From Clostridiales bacterium (lineage in GTDB: Bacteria > Bacillota > Clostridia > Oscillospirales > Oscillospiraceae), in assembly GCA_012728025.1 (NCBI GenBank), contig JAAYFX010000202.1, forward strand, positions 1 through 32,247: 32,247 nucleotides of DNA, in the 5' to 3' direction. The notes below the pieces were generated by a model. The model was not told the DNA's origin. It saw nothing but the letters and a program-made list of their open reading frames with translations, and did not search any database. Numbering within the stretch: position 1 is the first letter of the stretch; every line of letters begins with the position of its first letter. Positions 8,032 to 16,546 of the stretch are shown piece by piece. The position numbers were made by a program, and so were the translations under genes.

Positions 8032-9052
8032 GGGCGGGGGCTTTCGCCCTGCGGCCTATGGAGCCATGCTTTTGGGGACGGCTTTTGTTTTTATCATAAG
8101 CGTCTGCCTTGGCAGTGTAAGCGTACCTTTAAGGGATGTTTTCGCAAGTGTAGCGGCCGCCCTCTCCGGCGAAAAGCAGCTTTTAACAGGACACAGCGAC
8201 ATAATTTTATCGGTGCGGATACCAAGGGTGCTTTGCGTGGCTTTAACCGGTGCCTCGCTTTCCCTTTGCGGAGCGGCAATGCAGGGAATACTAAGAAACC
8301 CCCTTGCCGACGGAAGCACCTTGGGGGTTTCCGGCGGGGCTTCGCTGGGTGCTGTTTTGGCCATAAGCTTCGGCTCAAGGCTGCCCTTTTTCGGCGGCGG
8401 GGGAGTGGTGGTAACGGCGATAGTTTTTGCATTTATGTCCCTTGCTGTGATATTGGGCCTTTCCCACAAGCTGGACCGCTCCTTGTCCACAAACACCATT
8501 ATTCTTACGGGAATAGTGTATTCAATGTTTGTTTCCAGCATAATCAGCCTTGTTATTGCCTTTGCCGGTGACAAGGTTAAAACCATTACCTTCTGGACCA
8601 TGGGCTCTTTAGCCAACACCGACTATCTAAATGTGCTGACAATCCTCACAGCTCTTTTATTATGCGCAAGCCTTATTCTTATGAGAAGTCGTGAGCTTAA
8701 TGCCTTTGCCTTGGGGGAGGACAATGCCCGAAGTGTGGGGGTAAACGTAAAAAGAGTTAAGCTTGAGCTTCTTATAGCTGTTTCCATTCTTATAGGCGTT
8801 TGCGTGTCCATAGGCGGAACCATAGGTTTTGTGGGACTTGTAAGCCCCCATATGACCAGAATGCTCACAGGGCCAAACCACAAAAGGCTTCTTTCTGCCT
8901 CCATGTTTTTTGGGGCCTGCTTTCTTATGCTGGCAGACCTTTTGAGCAGAACAATAGTTAGACCAATGGAGCTTCCTGTGGGGGTTGTCACGTCTTTCAT
9001 AGGGGCTGTGGCCTTTGTTTTCATATTCAAAAAGTCGGGAAGGGTGGGCTGA
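8024..9052 (+). CDS. FecCD/BtuC-family ABC permease
   Basis: Polytopic protein with LCGAAMQGILRNPLADGSTLGVSGGASLGAV and the C-terminal ELPVGVVTSFIGAVAFVFIF typical of FecCD permeases. The start is uncertain: GTG 8024 (overlapping the upstream stop) or ATG 8066. The 7949 start in the ORF track overlaps the binding-protein gene and I reject it. Confidence 0.8.
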   Translation: MIRGGGFRPAAYGAMLLGTAFVFIISVCLGSVSVPLRDVFASVAAALSGEKQLLTGHSDIILSVRIPRVLCVALTGASLSLCGAAMQGILRNPLADGSTLGVSGGASLGAVLAISFGSRLPFFGGGGVVVTAIVFAFMSLAVILGLSHKLDRSLSTNTIILTGIVYSMFVSSIISLVIAFAGDKVKTITFWTMGSLANTDYLNVLTILTALLLCASLILMRSRELNAFALGEDNARSVGVNVKRVKLELLIAVSILIGVCVSIGGTIGFVGLVSPHMTRMLTGPNHKRLLSASMFFGACFLMLADLLSRTIVRPMELPVGVVTSFIGAVAFVFIFKKSGRVG

Positions 9053-9053
9053 T

Positions 9054-9815
9054 ATGCTTAAGGTAGAAAATCTTGGTGTTTCCTACGGAGATTTAAAAAT
9101 ACTGGATGGGCTGAGCTTCACCTTGGAGCAGGGGCAATGGCTTATGATAGCAGGGCCAAACGGGGCGGGCAAAAGCACCGTTTTAAGAGCCTTGTCAAGG
9201 GGCTGCCGTTACACAGGGCAAATAAGCCTTAAAGGCAGGGATATAAAAAGGTTTAAACCCCACATTCTGGCACAAAAGCTGGGCTTTTTATCCCAACGCC
9301 ACGAGGTCACATATCCCTTTAAGGTCAGGGAAGTTGTGGCTTTGGGAAGGTATGCCCATTCAAAAAATGCCCTTTACGGAGGGGCGGCAGGGGATGAGGA
9401 AAAAGTTTCGGAGGCTCTATCCCTGACGGGGCTTTCTGAACTTGCCGAAAAATCCGTACTGGAGCTTTCCGGAGGGGAACTTCAAAGAACCTTCATTGCC
9501 CAGCTTTTTGCCCAAGACCCTGACATAATAGTTTTGGACGAGCCAACAAACAGCCTTGACCTTATCTACCAAAAGCAGGTATTCCAGCTTATAGAAGGGT
9601 GGATAAAAAAGGAGGGCAGGGCGGTAATATCGGTTGTCCACGACCTTAGCCTTGCAAGGCTTTACGGAACAAAGGCGATTTTGCTTGATAGGGGAAGGGT
9701 GGTTGCTATGGGGCAGCCCGAGAAGGTAATAAGCGAAAAATATCTTAATCCTGTGTATTCCATGGATGTTTCCGGATATATGAGGGAAATTTTGTCCACA
9801 TGGCAGAGGGGATAA
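9054..9815 (+). CDS. ABC transporter ATP-binding protein (BtuD/FepC type)
   Basis: Walker A GPNGAGKST, signature LSGGELQR and Walker B IIVLDEPT. The ATG at 9054 lies 1 nt after the permease stop, so I reject the 9015 extension. Confidence 0.85.
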   Translation: MLKVENLGVSYGDLKILDGLSFTLEQGQWLMIAGPNGAGKSTVLRALSRGCRYTGQISLKGRDIKRFKPHILAQKLGFLSQRHEVTYPFKVREVVALGRYAHSKNALYGGAAGDEEKVSEALSLTGLSELAEKSVLELSGGELQRTFIAQLFAQDPDIIVLDEPTNSLDLIYQKQVFQLIEGWIKKEGRAVISVVHDLSLARLYGTKAILLDRGRVVAMGQPEKVISEKYLNPVYSMDVSGYMREILSTWQRG

Positions 9816-9896
9816 TTAAAGCGCCGCCATCTAAGAAAACCCAGACACCTTTAACGGCCTGACCGGCCAGCTAAAAGCATAAAAGAAGTTAAAACT

Positions 9897-9940
9897 AAAA
9901 CTAAGGCAGGACATATTTTCAGGTGTCCTGCCTTAGTTTT
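9897..9940. terminator. Bidirectional intrinsic terminator
   Basis: A perfect 13-bp stem ctaaggcaggaca/tgtcctgccttag is flanked by aaaa and tttt. It lies between the convergent ABC ATPase and DUF2804-like genes. Confidence 0.75.
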
Positions 9941-9950
9941 AGTAAGTTTA

Positions 9951-11024
9951 TTAAATGTTATTGTAGCTTATGTCCTCTCCCATGGCGGTCATGCCATCGA
10001 GAGTGATTTTATTGCCGTCCCCGTCAATTACAAAACCTGTGACTGTGCCAAAGGGAGCTGTATAGTCTGCTCCGTTGCCCAAAAACTTTCTGTTAAGCTT
10101 GTAGCTGTCGTGGATGTGGAAAACAAGGCTAACACTGCCATATTTGTCAAAAACCTGCCAGTCGCCGTTTTCAAGATGCTGAAAATCAACATTGGGAAGA
10201 AGGTGGCCCCGCTCTCCCAGCCAAAGAATGTTTTCGCAATACTTATCAGGCTCCAATGCCTGATTTTTACAAAGGTTAAGCCCCAGCGGCAGACCGCCTG
10301 AAAAACCCATGCAGGTCATCCAGTCGTAGTGCATATGCCGGTGATAATAGCCCTTGTGGTCGTCTATTATTCCAAGACTTCTTTCATTGAGTTTGAAAAC
10401 CCTGTCGCCGATTTTTATGCTGCCCTCAGCCTTGAAAAGGTTTTTATAGGTATAAAGAGGGCGGTTTTCCCCCAAAGGCATAATGGTAACCACCGGCGAG
10501 GACAAGGCAATGAAAGAAAGCTCGGCCCCCATGGGAAGATGCTTTGGAGAGCGTGGCGAATAATCAGAAGAAATAAAAACCCTGCCACTTTCCAGATTGT
10601 TTCTGATTTCGGCCTTAAAAGCTCCTGTTTTCAGGCTGTTTACGCTGTTTATCAGACTGTTTTGTACGCATTTTCGAGGATAGGAGAAAATTTGTCTAGC
10701 CTTTACGGTTTTATCGACCCTATCGTAAAACATGAGAACATTAAAAACAGCAGAGCCCATATTATAAATTGCCCCGCAGATAAAACCCTCGTCAAAACAA
10801 ACCTCATAGGCTTCCCATTCTTTTATGCGCTGCCGATTTAAAAAAGTCGGCAGGGCAAGGGACAGGGGCCTGTGGGCTTCATGGATGTTAACGTCTTTTA
10901 TAAGGCCGTCGAAAGCGCCGAATATGGCCCTTCCCTCGGATACGGCACAATCAGGCGCAGACTTTGGAAATCTTTCCTTGTGGAGGATGTCGGGACGGGT
11001 AAAAGCATTATTTGAAATATACAT
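9951..11024 (-). CDS. Hypothetical protein, possibly DUF2804 family
   Basis: 357-aa ORF with a GGAGAAGGGG RBS, 28 nt downstream of the histidine kinase gene. The family call comes from memory of the general pattern (KEWEAYEV..., DDHKGYYHRHMHYDWM, ENILWLGERGHLLP) and is not verified. Confidence 0.4.
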   Translation of the reverse strand: MYISNNAFTRPDILHKERFPKSAPDCAVSEGRAIFGAFDGLIKDVNIHEAHRPLSLALPTFLNRQRIKEWEAYEVCFDEGFICGAIYNMGSAVFNVLMFYDRVDKTVKARQIFSYPRKCVQNSLINSVNSLKTGAFKAEIRNNLESGRVFISSDYSPRSPKHLPMGAELSFIALSSPVVTIMPLGENRPLYTYKNLFKAEGSIKIGDRVFKLNERSLGIIDDHKGYYHRHMHYDWMTCMGFSGGLPLGLNLCKNQALEPDKYCENILWLGERGHLLPNVDFQHLENGDWQVFDKYGSVSLVFHIHDSYKLNRKFLGNGADYTAPFGTVTGFVIDGDGNKITLDGMTAMGEDISYNNI

Positions 11025-11052
11025 ATTTCCCCTTCTCCGTAAGCACTATATT

Positions 11053-12024
11053 TTATGAGGGGCAGACTGAATGCTCCAGCTCTTGACTGTTTTCAACACT
11101 TTGGGAGATGGGCAGGCTTATTTTAATAGTCATTCCCATACCCTGTGAGCTTTGGGCAGAAATTGTTCCCCCCTGAGACTCTATGGCGGTTTTGGCAAGA
11201 TACAGCCCATGGCCATGGCCTATGGTTTTGTTGCTGCCTTGGAAATTCATTTCAAAGATGTACTGTGTCTGTTCTTCGCCCAGACCCAAGCCATCGTCTT
11301 TTATGGTGATATTGACAAAGGTGCCTGAGGCTTCAGCCATTATTGTCACATGACCTTCACGGCCCATGTATTTAAGAGAGTTTTCAAGGATGTTAAAAAT
11401 AACCTTGCTTATTTGATAAAAATCCCCCTCGATATAAAGACTATCCAAGGTGGAGATGGTTTGTATGTTGATGCCATGGTTTTTGGCAACAGTTTGCATA
11501 TCCTCGCCTATTTGACGCAGGAGAGCTATAATATCAAAACGTGAAAACTCCAAAGCAATTTCATCCGAAGCCCTGCATGAAGCCAGACGTTTTGTAAGGA
11601 TTTCGCTTATATACTGGGTGCGGTCAACTATTTTGCCAAGGTATTCTTTTTTCATTTCCTCGTTGGTGATGATGTCTTTTTCCAAAAGACCTGCATAACC
11701 CTGAACTATTGATAAAGGCATACGAAGCTGGTGGGACATAAGGCTGCGAAACTCCTCCAAGGCCTCATGGTTTGATTTGCTCATGGCGGCAAGCTCATCC
11801 TTATGGGCTTTTGCCTCATTGTCGGCAAGGGCTCTGAAAGCCTCATCCTGCTTTCGAGAGTCATTTAAAAGTTTTATTAATCTTCTTATATAAATGATAA
11901 GTATTGTAATGGCTGCCGCAAGACAGATGGTACAAGCTCCAAGGCTTATGTAAAGGTAAAGGATGGGAACTAAGGCCAGAAGTATCGCAAAGACTACCCA
12001 GATTATGCGGCTGTTTCTGAACAT
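11053..12024 (-). CDS. Sensor histidine kinase, intramembrane-sensing type (two N-terminal TM helices, no extracytoplasmic domain)
   Basis: H-box SHQLRMPLSIVQGY, N-box FNILENSLKY, and G-boxes IKDDGLGLG and GHGHGLYLAK. I prefer the ATG at 12024, which has AAGGAGGA upstream. The 12114 start would add a non-homologous extension across promoter-like AT-rich DNA. Confidence 0.85.
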   Translation of the reverse strand: MFRNSRIIWVVFAILLALVPILYLYISLGACTICLAAAITILIIYIRRLIKLLNDSRKQDEAFRALADNEAKAHKDELAAMSKSNHEALEEFRSLMSHQLRMPLSIVQGYAGLLEKDIITNEEMKKEYLGKIVDRTQYISEILTKRLASCRASDEIALEFSRFDIIALLRQIGEDMQTVAKNHGINIQTISTLDSLYIEGDFYQISKVIFNILENSLKYMGREGHVTIMAEASGTFVNITIKDDGLGLGEEQTQYIFEMNFQGSNKTIGHGHGLYLAKTAIESQGGTISAQSSQGMGMTIKISLPISQSVENSQELEHSVCPS

Positions 12025-12097
12025 TATGCGATTCCTCCTTAAGAATACTAAAAAACCCCTTAAAAATATGTTGAAAGCTGGAAAATAAAATGAGATA

Positions 12098-12106
12098 TGA
12101 TATAAT
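12098..12106 (+). promoter_or_regulatory. Candidate extended -10 element (TGaTATAAT) for the response-regulator/ATPase transcript
   Basis: An exact TGnTATAAT lies in the divergent intergenic region. No well-spaced -35 is present (TTGAAA sits 24 nt upstream). About 225 nt upstream of the RR start. Confidence 0.3.
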
Positions 12107-12248
12107 ATCCGCAAGCAGTTACCCTCAGGGGGCTGTGAACCTGTGGCATAATGGCCTAAAGGACATTATACAGATACAAGTGACCGGATAAAGGTAAAAA
12201 GCAAAATCTTCAGATGTGGTATGAATAAAAAGCACTTATTTTTCAGAT

Positions 12249-12286
12249 GCCTGTAAAGTAACTCTTATTATACACTATTTACAGGC
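12249..12286. repeat. 9-bp perfect inverted repeat gcctgtaaa(N20)tttacaggc in the HK/RR intergenic region
   Basis: Read directly from the sequence. Located 46 nt upstream of the RR start codon. It could be an operator or a leader hairpin. Confidence 0.4.
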
Positions 12287-12331
12287 TGCAATGCAATTAA
12301 ATTTGTAAAACCGCAGGGGGGGAATAAGCTT

Positions 12332-13012
12332 ATGTATAATGCACTTCTCGTTGAGGATGATAAGGATTTATCTATTATAACGCAGATGAACCTGACACAC
12401 GCAAACTATCAGGTAGATGCCGCATTCACCTGTCAGCAGGCTTTGGATTTTTTGGCGGGAAAGGAATACGACCTTATACTTTTGGACGTGGTGCTGCCCG
12501 ATAAGCGAGGGGATGAGCTGTGCAAAATAATCCGTGATGCCTGCACCTGCCCCATAGTGTTTATGAGCTGCCTTGACGACAGCAAAACCATAGTTAAGGC
12601 CCTGCGCAGCGGCGGCGACGATTATATGGTTAAGCCCATAAGCTATGACGAGCTTTTGGCTAGGGCAGATGCGGTTATCCGCCGCTCTAAAAACATAAGG
12701 GGCAATGATAAGCGGGGATTTCATCAGTTTAAGCAGTTTACTGTGGACACTGTCCGCCACAGAGTGCTGAAAGGTGAGGAGGAAATCTGCCTTTCGTCCA
12801 TTGAATACGAAATACTTAAATATATGGTAGAGCATCCGGATGAGCTTTTACTCTACCGTCAAATTTATGAAAACGTCTGGGATAGCGACAGTCTGGGTGA
12901 TGTGCGCACTGTTATGGTACATATTTCAAACCTTCGTAAAAAGCTGGACCCAGAGCGCACAGGCATAATAGAAACCGTACGTGGTGCGGGATACATATTC
13001 ACAAATATCTAA
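12332..13012 (+). CDS. OmpR/PhoB-family response regulator
   Basis: The receiver domain has the acidic pocket VEDD, phospho-acceptor LILLDVVLPD and the conserved Lys in YMVKP. The C-terminal winged helix reads LSSIEYEILKYM...VHISNLRKKL...IETVRGAGY. Confidence 0.9.
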   Translation: MYNALLVEDDKDLSIITQMNLTHANYQVDAAFTCQQALDFLAGKEYDLILLDVVLPDKRGDELCKIIRDACTCPIVFMSCLDDSKTIVKALRSGGDDYMVKPISYDELLARADAVIRRSKNIRGNDKRGFHQFKQFTVDTVRHRVLKGEEEICLSSIEYEILKYMVEHPDELLLYRQIYENVWDSDSLGDVRTVMVHISNLRKKLDPERTGIIETVRGAGYIFTNI

Positions 13013-13024
13013 GGAGGCGCCCCA

Positions 13025-15328
13025 ATGGCAAGTTTAAGTGAACTTTTTTCTCCTAGTAAAAGGGAAGTGCCCTTTGAAAGCTATCGTGAGTACACAGACT
13101 ATCTTTTTGCCTGCGTGGATATGCGCCTATCTGACTACATTGACGGGCTTATGGGGCTTTTTGCCAGCCAATCGGGAGGGTATAAAAACGTTATTTACCC
13201 TGATGTGGAAATTGCAAGGGACCTTTGCGACAAGCAGCTGGCGGAGTTTTTGCTGAAGTCCGGCGGGGAAACCGAAGATGAAAGCGGTTTTGCAAGGCCG
13301 CAAGAGCGGGCTGTGCCGCCAACAGAGCTGGATGAGCTTTTTGCCGAATTTGCCGAGGATGTTTCCTCGAGGGATGCGGGGGAGGGCCTTTCGGCCACAG
13401 ATTGCATGGAGCACATAAAAGACAGGGCAAAAAAAGCCCAAGGCAATATATTCATGCCCATGTACGAGCTTTGCGAAAAGCTGGGGCTTTCCCCTTTTAG
13501 CACCTTTTGCTTTGCCTGTGCTGTTTTATCCGCCACCCAGACAAGTTATGCCGGTGTTTTTCAGGTGGTTAACCAAAACGGCGCTTTGTCTGCTCCCACC
13601 ATCGAATCCGCTGCAAGAGTTTTTTACGGAAAGGATTTTTCCATAACCGAGGCATACAGTGAAATGTCCCTTGCACTAGAGCAGTTAACGCCGGTTTTTG
13701 CCCTTTCTATAAACAATGCAATGCCCTTTTCAACGGTTGTCTCTCCGGACAAGAGGATGATAGACTTTCTTTTCGGCCCCGAGCCAAACCGTATAGACGA
13801 AAACTATGCCCGTTTTTTCTCAAGACTTACAGATAAAAAGGAAATTGACCCCTTTATAGCAAACAGGGGCATCTTGGATGCTGTTAACATATTTTATGAT
13901 GACGGCGGGCGAATTGTTGCCCTTTGGGGAGATGAAGGGGCGGGAAGAAAGTTTACCATAACCCATTTCTGTCGGGATAGGGAAAAGGGCTGTGTTTCCA
14001 TCAACTGCACAAAGCTTTTTGTCTATGACTTTGCCTTTGTGGATAAGGCCCTTTGGGCTGCCGCCCGTGAATGTATTTTAACAGATTCCTGCGTCTGCCT
14101 AGACGGGCTTGCCTATCGTGAGGAGGAAAAGGAAAAGTTTTTCGGCTATATGGACTTGGCCTTTGGAAAGTTTACAAAATACGATATTCCCGCCTTTGCC
14201 GTCAGCATGGAAAAGCTGCCCATGAGGCAGATAAGCGACATGGATTTTGCCCAGATTGAAATTCCAACGCCGGACACAAGGGAACGTGAGCAGGTCTGGG
14301 ACCATTATGCACAGGGATACAGTTTTGCCGATGATGTTGACCTAACAGAGATGGCGGCAAAGTTTCTTTTCACATCGGGTAAAATAAAAAGTGCTATCCA
14401 TCAGGCAAAAACCCTTGCGGCCATGGATAAAAAAACCGATATCCCCCGCAGTATACTTTTCCAATCCTGCAACAACCAAATGAGCCACGAGCTTACCCAA
14501 AAGGCAACCCGTATTCCCGCAAAATTTGGCTGGAACGACATTGTTATGAATCCTGACCAGCGGCTTGCCCTTAAAAATGCCTGTGACCAGCTTATTTACC
14601 GCAAAAAAGTCTATGAAGAATGGGACTATCTGAAAAAATATCAATACGGCCGTGGGCTGTCTGTCCTTTTGTTCGGCGCCCCCGGAACGGGAAAATCTAT
14701 GTGCGCTCAGGTTATCGCAAACGAGCTTAATCTGGAGCTTTACAGGGTTGACCTATCCAAGGTTGTGGATAAATATGTAGGTGAGACGGAAAAGTCCATA
14801 TCCATGATTTTCAGGGAAGCGAAAAAGTGCAACGTAGTTTTATTTTTCGACGAGTGCGACACGCTTTTCGCAAAGCGCAGTGACGACGGCGGCTCGAACC
14901 AATCGTCCAACAACAACAAAACTGCCCTGCTTTTGCAGGAGGTGGAGGCTTACGATGGGGTTTCTGTCATGGCAACAAACTATAAGCACAATATAGACCC
15001 CGCCTTTTTCCGCCGCATGAAGTTTATAGTGGAATTTCAGTTTCCTGATGTGGAAACCCGCAAAATACTTTGGAATGCCACAATCCCGAAAAACACACCC
15101 TTGGCCGAGGATGTGGACATAGATTTTCTTGCCCAGCGCTTTGAGTTTGTGGGTGGAAACATAAAAAACTGCATACTCAATGCAGCCTTTTTGGCGGCTG
15201 CCGACCCAGAAGCCGAGGGGCAGGTGCATATGAAGCACTATTTACAGGCCATACGCTATGAATTTGTTAAAACCGGCAAGGTATTCACCCGTGCGGACTT
15301 TGAGCCTTATGCCCATCTTGTTCTCTAG
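13025..15328 (+). CDS. AAA+ ATPase with long N-terminal domain, Afp15/Pvc15-like (CIS-associated ATPase)
   Basis: 767 aa. Walker A GAPGTGKS (14675-14698) and Walker B VVLFFDECD (14834-14860). The flanking LYRVDLSKVVDKYVGETEKSISMIFREA, ATNYKHNIDPAFFRRMKFIVEFQFP and GGNIKN match my memory of the single-AAA ATPases found in eCIS loci. The AAGGAGG RBS overlaps the RR stop, with a 12-nt gap. Confidence 0.75.
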   Translation: MASLSELFSPSKREVPFESYREYTDYLFACVDMRLSDYIDGLMGLFASQSGGYKNVIYPDVEIARDLCDKQLAEFLLKSGGETEDESGFARPQERAVPPTELDELFAEFAEDVSSRDAGEGLSATDCMEHIKDRAKKAQGNIFMPMYELCEKLGLSPFSTFCFACAVLSATQTSYAGVFQVVNQNGALSAPTIESAARVFYGKDFSITEAYSEMSLALEQLTPVFALSINNAMPFSTVVSPDKRMIDFLFGPEPNRIDENYARFFSRLTDKKEIDPFIANRGILDAVNIFYDDGGRIVALWGDEGAGRKFTITHFCRDREKGCVSINCTKLFVYDFAFVDKALWAAARECILTDSCVCLDGLAYREEEKEKFFGYMDLAFGKFTKYDIPAFAVSMEKLPMRQISDMDFAQIEIPTPDTREREQVWDHYAQGYSFADDVDLTEMAAKFLFTSGKIKSAIHQAKTLAAMDKKTDIPRSILFQSCNNQMSHELTQKATRIPAKFGWNDIVMNPDQRLALKNACDQLIYRKKVYEEWDYLKKYQYGRGLSVLLFGAPGTGKSMCAQVIANELNLELYRVDLSKVVDKYVGETEKSISMIFREAKKCNVVLFFDECDTLFAKRSDDGGSNQSSNNNKTALLLQEVEAYDGVSVMATNYKHNIDPAFFRRMKFIVEFQFPDVETRKILWNATIPKNTPLAEDVDIDFLAQRFEFVGGNIKNCILNAAFLAAADPEAEGQVHMKHYLQAIRYEFVKTGKVFTRADFEPYAHLVL

Positions 15329-15368
15329 GGGCTTTTGGCTGCCAAGGAAAATCTGAGGAGGATGCCCC

Positions 15369-15599
15369 ATGGCCTTAAAAAAGGACTTAGACTGGCGCAT
15401 AGACCAGCAAAATAAAAGGAAAAGAACCCTCCCCATTGATGAAGAGCCGGAGGATATGGAGCTTTGGCTTCAAAGGGAAAGCGGCAACTCTATAAACACG
15501 CAAAAAAGCGTGTTTGACAAAAAAATCGGCAAAGACGGAATAAACACCGAGCCTTCGGTTTTTGACAAATTTGCCGTTTTTAAAAGTCAGCAGGAGTAA
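15369..15599 (+). CDS. Small hypothetical protein (76 aa) with an internal repeat; coding status uncertain
   Basis: GGAGGA lies 7 nt upstream of the ATG. The protein is hydrophilic. It contains the tandem repeat INTQKSVFDK/INTEPSVFDK, which coincides with two DNA/RNA hairpins (see findings). Confidence 0.3.
   Translation: MALKKDLDWRIDQQNKRKRTLPIDEEPEDMELWLQRESGNSINTQKSVFDKKIGKDGINTEPSVFDKFAVFKSQQE
15492..15569 (+). repeat. Two 30-nt repeat units (15492-15521 and 15540-15569), each with a hairpin core
   Basis: ATAAACAC-N13-TTTGACAAA occurs twice, 48 nt apart. The flanks are identical and the cores differ (GCAAAAAAGCGTG versus CGAGCCTTCGGTT), yet both keep stem potential with the flanks. Confidence 0.6.
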
Positions 15600-15624
15600 A
15601 ACATAATATAAGCTCTTAAAAACT

Positions 15625-15675
15625 AAAAACCATCTGCCCGCCCAAAACTTGCTTTGGGAGGGCAGTTGGTTTTTT
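15625..15675. terminator. Bidirectional intrinsic terminator
   Basis: A long hairpin aaaaaccatctgcccgcccaaa...tttgggagggcagttggttttt has an A-run and a T-run at its ends. It lies between convergent genes. Confidence 0.75.
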
Positions 15676-15682
15676 AAGTCTT

Positions 15683-16534
15683 CTAATTTTCTTTTGACGT
15701 CAGGAACAAGGCAGACCTTGAAAGGGGGCGCCCTTCAGGAGCCAGCCTTTCTAAAAGAGAGGTAGAAATTGCGTTTACGCAGTTTACTATAATTTCGGTG
15801 TCTTTTGGGTATTTTTCTAAAGCCCTTTGATAGGAAGCTGACAGCATTGAGGAAAAAGCGGCAGAGCCGCCTGCTCCGGAATCAGCGTAGGCAAGGGTAA
15901 GCTGCCCGTTAAAGGAGCGGTCAAACACCATAAATCCGTCTATCCGTGAGCCGTCCATAACGGCAACGGAAAGCTCAGGGTCAAGTTCTGCCTTATCAAG
16001 GGGAAGGGGCAGTATGGCCTCCTCGGATATACGGGCCGAGCGGTCCAACTCCCGTACACAGGATGTGGGGATTTCCAAAAATTGATGCACTTTCAGTCCT
16101 TCAGCGGCTTTTGAGAAAAACGGGGATTTTGAAAGGGAAGAAAGGTTGACGGAGTATATGGTTTCCCTTGGCTTTTTAAATTCAAAGCCTGAGTGCCGCA
16201 GAAAGTTTTCATACATAGAAAGCTCCCCGTTTGTCACAGTGAAGTCCGAGCGTATACCAAAAAGCGAGCTTTGCCCCTCCATACAGCTTTTTAGGCTTTC
16301 AAGAAGAAGCTTGCCGCCACCCCTGCCCCGCTTGACGGGGGCAACAAAAAAGGATGAAATCTCAAAATATCCGTCTCTTGGGCCGCCGGCAAGGGCGCCG
16401 CAGGCCTCCTCATTTTCAACAAGGCCCAAAGCGAAAATGGGTTTGCCTTCTTTCAAAAGCAAAGCGGCATCCGGAAGGAGAAAAGAGGTAAAAAAGTCAA
16501 GGTTTCCACGGTCTATTATGGTCGTTTCCATCAT
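15683..16534 (-). CDS. GNAT-family acetyltransferase-like protein (283 aa)
   Basis: Acetyl-CoA motif A-like FFVAPVKRGRGGGKLLLESL. It begins 12 nt after the stop of the 503-aa gene, with GGGGGGAGGA upstream. Confidence 0.6.
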   Translation of the reverse strand: MMETTIIDRGNLDFFTSFLLPDAALLLKEGKPIFALGLVENEEACGALAGGPRDGYFEISSFFVAPVKRGRGGGKLLLESLKSCMEGQSSLFGIRSDFTVTNGELSMYENFLRHSGFEFKKPRETIYSVNLSSLSKSPFFSKAAEGLKVHQFLEIPTSCVRELDRSARISEEAILPLPLDKAELDPELSVAVMDGSRIDGFMVFDRSFNGQLTLAYADSGAGGSAAFSSMLSASYQRALEKYPKDTEIIVNCVNAISTSLLERLAPEGRPLSRSALFLTSKEN

Positions 16535-16546
16535 TTATCCTCCCCC

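Noticed and set aside
12025-12114. N-terminal extensions suggested by the ORF track: HK to 12114, PP2C sensor from 21252, STAS to 24474, binding protein from 7081, permease from 7949, phosphatase from 6452, ABC ATPase from 9015, and the 1009-aa baseplate protein to 30861.
   Set aside because: Internal start codons have canonical RBSs at proper spacing. They give native-looking N-termini (signal peptide, TM helix, ATGA coupling). The extensions overlap upstream genes or promoter DNA.
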